DNA of 60,000 nucleotides from Amphiscolops sp. MND2022. Its lineage: Eukaryota. Below, in pieces: positions 52,284-60,000 of this stretch (the stretch's first letter is position 1; each line of letters opens with the position of its first letter). The stretch lies in NCBI GenBank assembly GCA_964187785.1, contig OZ076409.1:19036001-19096000 (forward strand), written 5' to 3'. The notes below the pieces were generated by a model. That model did not search any database. It saw only the letters and a program-made list of their open reading frames with translations, and was not told the origin of the DNA. Both the position numbers and the translations under genes were made by a program.

Positions 52284-54024
52284 TGTCGTAAGCATTAGAA
52301 CCAACTATGCCATCATTTTGGCGGTTACAATTAAGCTTACTAGCTGAACTGTCTTTAGGGTTAATATTTTGCAGTCCTTCGGAGTTCACTTCCGGTCTCT
52401 CGGACGGAATGTTCCATCTATTCTGAGTCGAGTGTCCCGATCCGGCACTTAAAGCGGATTGAATCTGAGGCAATATCTGATTGCTAATTGCATCACTAAT
52501 TGCCCTTTGAATCTGGGAATTGACACTACACATCATATCATCTAACTCCCTTGACAGTCTCGAGTTCAACTCGCTTGACAACTTGTTAATCTCAGCACTA
52601 GAATTACCTCCAGTTGAAATCCGGCCGCATTCGGCATTATCACTAGGATCTATGTCGCTTGTGGCTGAGTACCTATTTTCATCATTATTCTCTAATTCAT
52701 CTGCAGAAGCACTATCAGGCCTTCTGCCAAAATTGCTACTAACATTTTCATCTCTCTCATTTCTGTTGAAATGGTTTTCTCCTAACATGATATCGAGGTT
52801 TTCTATGTCAGATAGCATCTCTATCACTCTTGACTTCCTAGCCTTCTTTTGTCTTCTCGTAGTAGGCATTAAGAATTTGAGGTTGAATAATTTATTGGTG
52901 GTCTAGGTTTTGCAATCTATAAGAGCGAAACAAACTGAGTTTGGGTATCATAAGGAAACTTGTGTCCACCTCTCGGAACGGGTGGGTATATATACTCCCG
53001 AGAGGATGGAATTTACGTATTTTGGTACAATTCCCGCAATTTACAAATTCCTCAAGTCATAAGATTAAGGCACAACACTGTTTAGAATGAGGCGGTTAGC
53101 ACCTTATCAAAGATCCTTAGGAATTCATACTTGCTAGGGTCACGAAGTTATATCTTTCCATTTGAAAACATCAACAATATTACTACATATCATCATAGTT
53201 GGGTAGCATCGGCAACAAACATCAAACAAATAACATAGCACAACTATCTAAGGAATGTTCATCACGGAATGATGTCACGTGCCTGCTCAAGTCGGCCGTT
53301 GCAGCAAATAAGTAGCTTTAGCATAAATAATGAAACAAAATACAACATGTCCTAAATCGGCCATTGGACTTTAATTCATTCAGGGTGAATGGTCTAGTTA
53401 GTCCAAAAGATTGGTACTAATAATTGGGCTGGAATAGGGATACTAATTATTTCAAACAACGTAAAAGCACTAATTATTAACTTCAGATGTAAATAGAAGA
53501 CTTACATGACTACTAAACACTACAACATTATTAATACAATAGGTTGCAACAATGATCAAAGAAATGGCCTATTCCGGCCATCTGCCTAGTATTCCAACTA
53601 ATTAATGCACCATTAAGACAAACGGCCATATCCGGCCAATTGATTAGAACAGCATTGCATCATGAAATACTCGAATATGATTGGTTGGTAATTTATGCTC
53701 AAGTGACGCTCTCGGACTGAAAGCTACGTACACTCGAACTCGTTTCCTTTAAGCCATTTAGTAGCTTGCATTGAACTGTAATTTACATTGAACATTGTTA
53801 TTTTACAACTTGCAACTTCACTTGTCTAATGTATTATTAGCAGACTAATACACATTGTACCATAATGAAAAATGTAGTTAACCTAAACAAACGTAAATAT
53901 TGAGAGTAAGTTTTCAGAGTTTAGCGTAAACCTGTTTAAAACGTGGGTAGGGTTCCGGGTATAACCTCTTGACTGGTTGCTGAAGTCGTTATTAGAGTGC
54001 CATCACAGGCGGCAGCCTGCGACA
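52284..54024 (-). repeat. 5' LTR
   Basis: TG...CA ends, followed by the PBS. Confidence 0.93.
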
Positions 54025-55519
54025 ATAGTACTATACTATAGGTCTAAAGTAGCTAAGATCCAATGATCACGGTCGTATAGCTGCAAGTTCGTGCATGTTT
54101 ACAGCTCTTTGGCCGAAATTATTCTCAGATTCTTATTGCACTTTTTCGGCTCCCGAGTCGAGATTATTCTAAGTCGGAAAAGTATTTTGACGTATAGTAA
54201 ATACAATTTGACAGCCGAGTGATAAAATATACAAAATTTGGCAGTTCAAACAAAATGATCTTGGACCTTTCTGTTTTATAAAATTTTCGGTTTGGGCGCC
54301 CAAAACGTGAGATAGGTTTCTGACTTAGAATAATTTCGGTTGGGAGCCGAAAACATCATTTAACCCCCCCTGCTATTACTACTAGGAACAACCAGAAGAA
54401 TTCTGTTTAGGATCATGCTCTATGTGGTATAGTCTGAATAATGACAAAGTTCACGGACTTAATTAACCATTAACCGGTACTAGATAACTGCTATGATGTA
54501 CATGAAGAAATTTAACGTTGATACAGTTGAGTTGAAAATGAAATATGTTGAATCAATTGACGTCTTTCCTTTATTAGCTTCTAATTTAGGCATGGCGCTA
54601 TTAGCATTATCTTAATCTGACCCTACGGCAGTTTTGAATCGACGAAAAATCATCTTCAGTTTGCAAATTCACGAACACTAGTTATTAGTGATGTAGATGA
54701 GGAGTTTACCACAGCAGACACCGGAATATGGTGACCAGAGTTCTTGCTTTACAGAGACCTAACACAGCATATCGCTATTAACAGCTTGTCGCAAAAAGAA
54801 ACGAAACTACCGGATGCAATAGTATGGGAAATGAGAGAAAGAAATCCACGCAATGCCCAAACAACTATCAAACGATCCAATACAACGGTATGACAGTAAA
54901 CAACTAATAGAGCCGTGCAGTGACAGACAAATGCCTACAACAGAACAATCCATATTTTTTTTTCGAATTACATCCAGGTTGAAAACCCGGAAAAGACTTG
55001 GGTCACATTCAGTGAAAAATCGATCATTCTGAAAAATCAATTTCATGAACAACCAAAAGTAATGGAATACATTCAACTATTGTTACTTCCACAAAGTTGA
55101 CAAAAATTTCGTTCATTTCCATAATAGCAATTTCGTAACGAGTACTTCCAAAATCTCCTCTTTGGCAAAACCTAGGTAAAATAAAACAAAAATAGGGAAC
55201 GGCCCATGTCGGAGCCTCGTTCAAGACACCTTTGGGAGATTGTTATCAGTACAGTGCTAGAAAACACCTGAAGGGACACCCATGAGATCAAAAACGTTTT
55301 TTCAACTGCAAACAACAAAAAACTTTTCAGACTTTATTATTTTTTCGACGAATTTTATTCCGGGAAAAAACTCATAGTGTAGCAAAGGAGCTTTTAGCTC
55401 GCTAAATGTTTTTTTCAGGGCAAAAATATTTATGAAAGTGAAGGGGGTACTGTCACAGTCCGCTCCCGGACTGGATTGAATTAAAAACAAACTAAAACTA
55501 ATCTATGTCACCGCTTCGC

Positions 55520-56025
55520 CAATACCATTGAATTTGCGTCGCGACTACATCACAGCCATGGCAGCTAACTAGAAATCATTCCAAATTCACGTCGAACTAC
55601 GTCACAGCTTTGGCAGTAAGAATGAAGTTGCGCTGCCGCTACGTCTCAGCTAAAACAGCTAAATAGAAACCTTTCCAAATTTACGTCCACGCTACGTCCA
55701 CTATAAAGCGGACTAAGTCTATTACCAAATTTACGTCCACGCTACGTCCACTATAATGGCGGACAAAGTCTAATGCCAAACTTACGACCACGTTACGTCC
55801 ACTACATTAGCGGACTAGGTCTAACATCAAATTTACATCCACTCTACGTCCCAAATTTATGAAATTAGGCGTTTTAGACTAATGGAAGCTAGAATGTGAA
55901 TCAACGTCAACACTACGTCGCAATTTAACTAACCAAGCTGAAATTTGAATCTACGTCAACGCTACCTCAACTAATATACTAGAAGTTGAGGAAACACAAT
56001 TCTACGTCAGTATTGCGTCGACTAA
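55520..56025. repeat. Degenerate ~55-60-bp tandem repeat (TACGTC-rich)
   Basis: CCAAATTTACGTCCACGCTACGTCCACTAT and variants repeated. Confidence 0.7.
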
Positions 56026-57599
56026 GATTGAATTCGAACGGAATATGGTTTTTAAACCAGGATTTTTCAGACTAACTTAAAATAAAAGCATTTTAACACT
56101 ACTTAATATGAATAGTCACAGTTTATATTCAATTTGTGTTAATAAAGTGCAGTCTAAGCAGGTTTTTTAAATGTAAGTTTTGATTTCCTATTTTAATAAA
56201 TTCATTGGCTGTTTCAAGAAGTCACGTCGTCCTTAATTGTTGCTCAAAGGTGTTGCTCCTAATTTTAAACAGATAAACAATTGTTCATATTTGAAATATT
56301 CAATTGTTTAGCCTCATGTAAATCAGTCACCCTCTTAGCATCACCAAATTGCTTAAATCAAGATAATTAGTCATAATTTCTCAAGTTAAAATTCAAACTC
56401 AGGTATTAGTTGTTCACGCCACCGTCAGCTCCGCGTCCAATTTCCCGCAAACCAAAACAGAAAAACAGGGAAACGTTTCCGATTTGACAGACTGACGTGA
56501 AATCTACTCCCTGCTTGGGAGGAAACAAAAGGACGTCGGAATGAAATGATTTGTCACTGAATGATGACTACTATCAATCTAACTATGGAAATAACACAAA
56601 AATTGACGAAATGCTAACGCCGCATTCAAAATGCATTCAAAATGCTAATCAAAATTTTGCCGCAAAAATACAAGAAGTGACTGATGTCTCGATGGAAATG
56701 AAAGTACGCGAGTATGAACAGATGATGCTAGGAGGGTACATAAATAGCTTGTACTGGTGAAAATATTCATTCAGTTTCTGAGTCAATTTGTATTTCAATC
56801 TGCGACCTTTTGTTAAGCTCAACTTTGTTTTGTTAAAACAATGACTTTACGAACCTCAATTCAAAATCAACAAACTCGAAAATCTTTTCATCGAGAAGTC
56901 GAAAGGGAAAAATGTACTTCAAGAAAGCAACAACAATAATGAGAAATTGTCAAAACAACGACCCTAACTGAAGTCGTAACAGATACCCTTTGACCGAGCT
57001 AAATCTTTCACGAGAAAGTCACAGTAACAAAAGAAAACCAAACCATAGGTCTTTCCCACAGTTTTCAGGAAAACTCTCATCAGCTCCATAGGACGAAGTC
57101 ATCAACGAAGTCACCGGAAGGACTCGGAAAAAAGTTTCCTTTCGGAAAACTTTTAAAAAACGGAAACTGTGTCGAAAAAAGTACCAAAAATTTTCTTTCA
57201 AATTGTGCCGAAAAATATAGGTGGACCTCTAAGCTCGCAAAACGCTTTGTTTCAAAACGCTAAAAATCAAGGAGACACTTCGATTGAAAACTTTTCGGAA
57301 TGCATAGTGAAAACAACAATGGTCTCCCTTCTTTTTGCAAGCAAAAAAGATTCTTGGTTTAGTCCCACAGTCTCCTGCTTCTCGGAACTCGACATAACTG
57401 GGTTAACCTATATGCCAAGTGGCCGTTAGAAGTTACAATTTACAAAAAGCCTATGGAAATGTGTCGGTTCACTGGTCTTAAAAAAGCTACTGCTATAGTC
57501 GTTTTTTTTCGAAAAGCTCCGAGCAAAAACGTTAAAACAGGCATCTTAATGGTTCATCTTAAACCAAGCTAGGGAGTGTCTGTTGTGTTCTAGACTTGT

Positions 57600-59300
57600 A
57601 TGATAAAACACATTTCTAAAATAGCTTCTTTCTATATCAAACATAATGCATCGTAGCAAAAAAACTCTGGGGAATTGCGATGTGGGGCCAGCTGGTGACA
57701 TGCTGCCCGAGAGGAAGTCCTGTGGCTTCTGTACCAGTTCCGACAGCGGTTGTTGGGTGCCTTTTGTGCGTCATCAAGTTGGTCCTGTAACAAAAATGTT
57801 TTGGTCACTCATAAAAAATATCTTGGTATGGTACACTACCGTATCAATTCGGTTTCTTTGTGCTTCGGTCTAATATTAGATTTGGAATTCTAACCATGAG
57901 GTATTTCTCCGTCAGTATGTTATTGTAAGGAATCATTCTCGGAATCAGTCCGGATTGGCTCGTATCTGCTGTCTATCTCCGACGTATCATACACTCTTCC
58001 CGTTTCCTCCGGTATCTCTTCTTCTTTCTCGTCATCATTATCATCATCTACCGAATCTGTTTCAGTGCGCTTTTTCCTCTGGACGTTCGGGGCTTCCCGT
58101 TCAGGATATCGCGCAGTATCTCGTCCCACTTCCCGTTTTTGCCGTCTAGTCCTTTCAGACAACAGTTTTTTGGAGTTATCTTCGCCGATACTGCTGGAAG
58201 CGTTTCTTTTCGGTGTCTTTTATTATTCTGAAACAGTGGTCCCGAAATTAATTTTCGATGTATAACGTTTCCCGTATCTGTTTTCACGGTATTTTCGGTC
58301 CCGCTTAGTGCGGTTTGTATTTTTGATTGAAATCTCCCTTCTAGGGATTTTCGGATGTGTCTCTTTTCAACAAAGTTGAAAGGATATCTAACCGGTATTT
58401 TCTTCTTCGGTGATTTGGTCTCCGAAGCCAGTTGTCGTTCTTTGATTTTCGTGCGGGCCATTACCATATGGTTGGTGATTTCTCCTTCAGTGTCCCTTCC
58501 GACTTTTATTGGTATTTTTAGCTTGTTAGGTTCTAAAATGGACAATTCTGACCAATCTGATAGAAAAGATTTTCCATCTTTCATTATGTTTGTTAATTCC
58601 GTTCTCGGTTTTCTACCGTGATGTAGTTCAAATGACGTTTTTTCAGTGCCGTATGCTTTGTGAATCGCAGTATTTTTAATGCTCGGTTTACACTTTCAGT
58701 TGAAATATTTCCGTCCTCCATGTTTGCCAATTGTGATATTTTCATAGTTTGTATTGCTTTTTCTACTGTACCGTTTTCGGTATGCATTCGTAGTGGGCAG
58801 TTTTGAACTTATTAGTATTTGCGATTCTCCGTTAAATTTTTGCTGTGAAGTTTTCCGGTAAAATCTATTTGTAATTCTTGTGCCAGTTCGGTTAGTTTTT
58901 CTGACTTCCTGTGTCGATTTTTTTTGGAATTTGGTATTCTTACCTGTGGCGAGGCATGCAGTGCAGTCTCTAACTTTCTGCTCTATGCATTTCCGCATCT
59001 CCTGCCAACAGAAGGTTTTTGCATCGGATAGCATTTTTGTTGTCCGGAGTGACCGAATTGTAGTGTATCGATCAGTCTTCTTCTCAAGTCAGTTAGTACA
59101 GCAATTTGGTCGTCTACGAAGACTAGACCCCACCGGATTGATTGTTTGTCGGAACCCGGTCCGTATCCTTCCGGTGCCGTGTCTCTTCTTTCTCTCCACG
59201 TGCTTGTTCGGACTCTTGTCATATTAGGATCACATGCCGTTTTTGAAAAAAAAGTCTTTGAGTCCAACGTAAAATTAAATTCGTGCTTTCTTTATGTTGT
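57600..59300 (-). pseudogene. Heavily decayed Gypsy pol (integrase and C-terminal region) of a different family
   Basis: WGLVFVDDQIAV..LRRRLIDTLQFGHSG, W..M...IEQKVRDCTACLATGKN, GTVEKAIQTMK, RALKILRFTKHT in shifting frames. Confidence 0.8.
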
Positions 59301-60000
59301 CTTCGGTCAATGTTGGCGCAAGTCAATTGCAAGCTCAGAAACTCAGATTCGAAGGTGACTGATGAACCCATAACTCAAAACACTTGGAAACTTCATCAAA
59401 ATTTTAGTTGGAAAACTACAAGTTTCAGCAGAAATAGGCCTGAGTCAAAAAGGCCACGCCCTCTTTTTTCAAAAACACTCGCTCAATCACCCTGAAACAT
59501 GGCATGTTTGTACTAGAGGTGCTAACACGACTTCTAACTCTAAACACCCAACCTTGTATCCCTCCACGAGTTCCGAGCAATTAACAACCAAACATCAGAC
59601 ACCATGAAAACCCAAATTTGATAGACCAATTATTATGTGATTTTCTCAATTGACCTTGAACGAAATGTACCTCTGTTGAAATTATTGATATTTACATTGT
59701 TCAAACATAATTTCTGGCCTACCTAACCAACATTCCAAAACCACCATATTGTTAACTTAGCCAATACCTTCATGTTTTGCTTTATAAATCATTTATTTAT
59801 ACAACTTATCTTAATGTACATTTACTGTAGAATTGTGAACGATATGTATACCATTATTAGATAGAGATTTTCTCCACTGAATAGCTATAGGCAATATGGA
59901 TCTCAAGACCGCGAGACTAATTAACTTTCCACATCATTACCACTTTTCGCTAGAGTCAGAGCGAACAAGTAGCTACTCTCATAGTTGGAGAGCCGGAGCG

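Larger units (their letters stand above)
51157..52869 (-). pseudogene. gag: gag with capsid-like core and two zinc knuckles; one premature TAA at 51388-51390
   Basis: TFDGKSEKFELFEDLF..; CNYCKEKDHMVKDC; the same frame continues after the stop with CGTCGKKNRPEERC. Confidence 0.9.
36492..54024 (-). mobile_element. Full-length Ty3/Gypsy LTR retrotransposon with extra ORFs (defective copy)
   Basis: Two 1741-bp LTRs TGTCG...CGACA; imperfect 5-bp TSD AAAGT/ATAGT; PBS; gag; PR-RT-RH-IN order. Confidence 0.95.
19319..54383. mobile_element. Non-autonomous Polinton/Maverick-type element (35 kb including the nested Gypsy) with fold-back architecture
   Basis: Ends AGTAGTAATAGCAGGGGGG / CCCCCCCTGCTATTACTACT; exact 6-bp TSD AGGAAC (19313-19318, 54384-54389); ~330-bp terminal inverted repeats about 95% alike by eye; mirror symmetry continues through satellite and TK. 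Confidence 0.85.

Noticed and set aside
48149..52906. Plus-strand ORFs over gag-pol (and 8271-9282, 11044-11682 over PITP)
   Set aside because: Antisense shadows of real coding sequence with no motifs of their own.

Overview
AT-rich, repeat-dense eukaryotic (invertebrate-like) DNA; no rRNA, tRNA or CRISPR seen. From left to right: (1) a decayed Polinton/Maverick fragment (adenain-type protease and probable minor-capsid gene) inside a 3.4-kb tandem duplication (271-7098); (2) one apparently intact six-exon host gene on the minus strand (18390-8197) for a divergent phosphatidylinositol transfer protein with an acidic tail, with MITE-, HINE- and LINE-like pieces in its introns; (3) a 35-kb insertion (19319-54383) with Polinton/Maverick ends (AGTAGT...ACTACT, 6-bp TSD AGGAAC) but no recognisable Polinton genes. 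It is a giant fold-back of 84-bp satellite arrays plus two mirror-image, intron-containing thymidine kinase pseudogenes; (4) nested in its right arm, a 17.5-kb Gypsy LTR retrotransposon (36492-54024) whose 1741-bp LTRs overlap gag and an extra ORF, and which carries a spliced antisense gene that looks derived from a hAT transposase; (5) further decayed Gypsy sequence at the right end. All homology calls come from motif recognition by eye; no searches were run.
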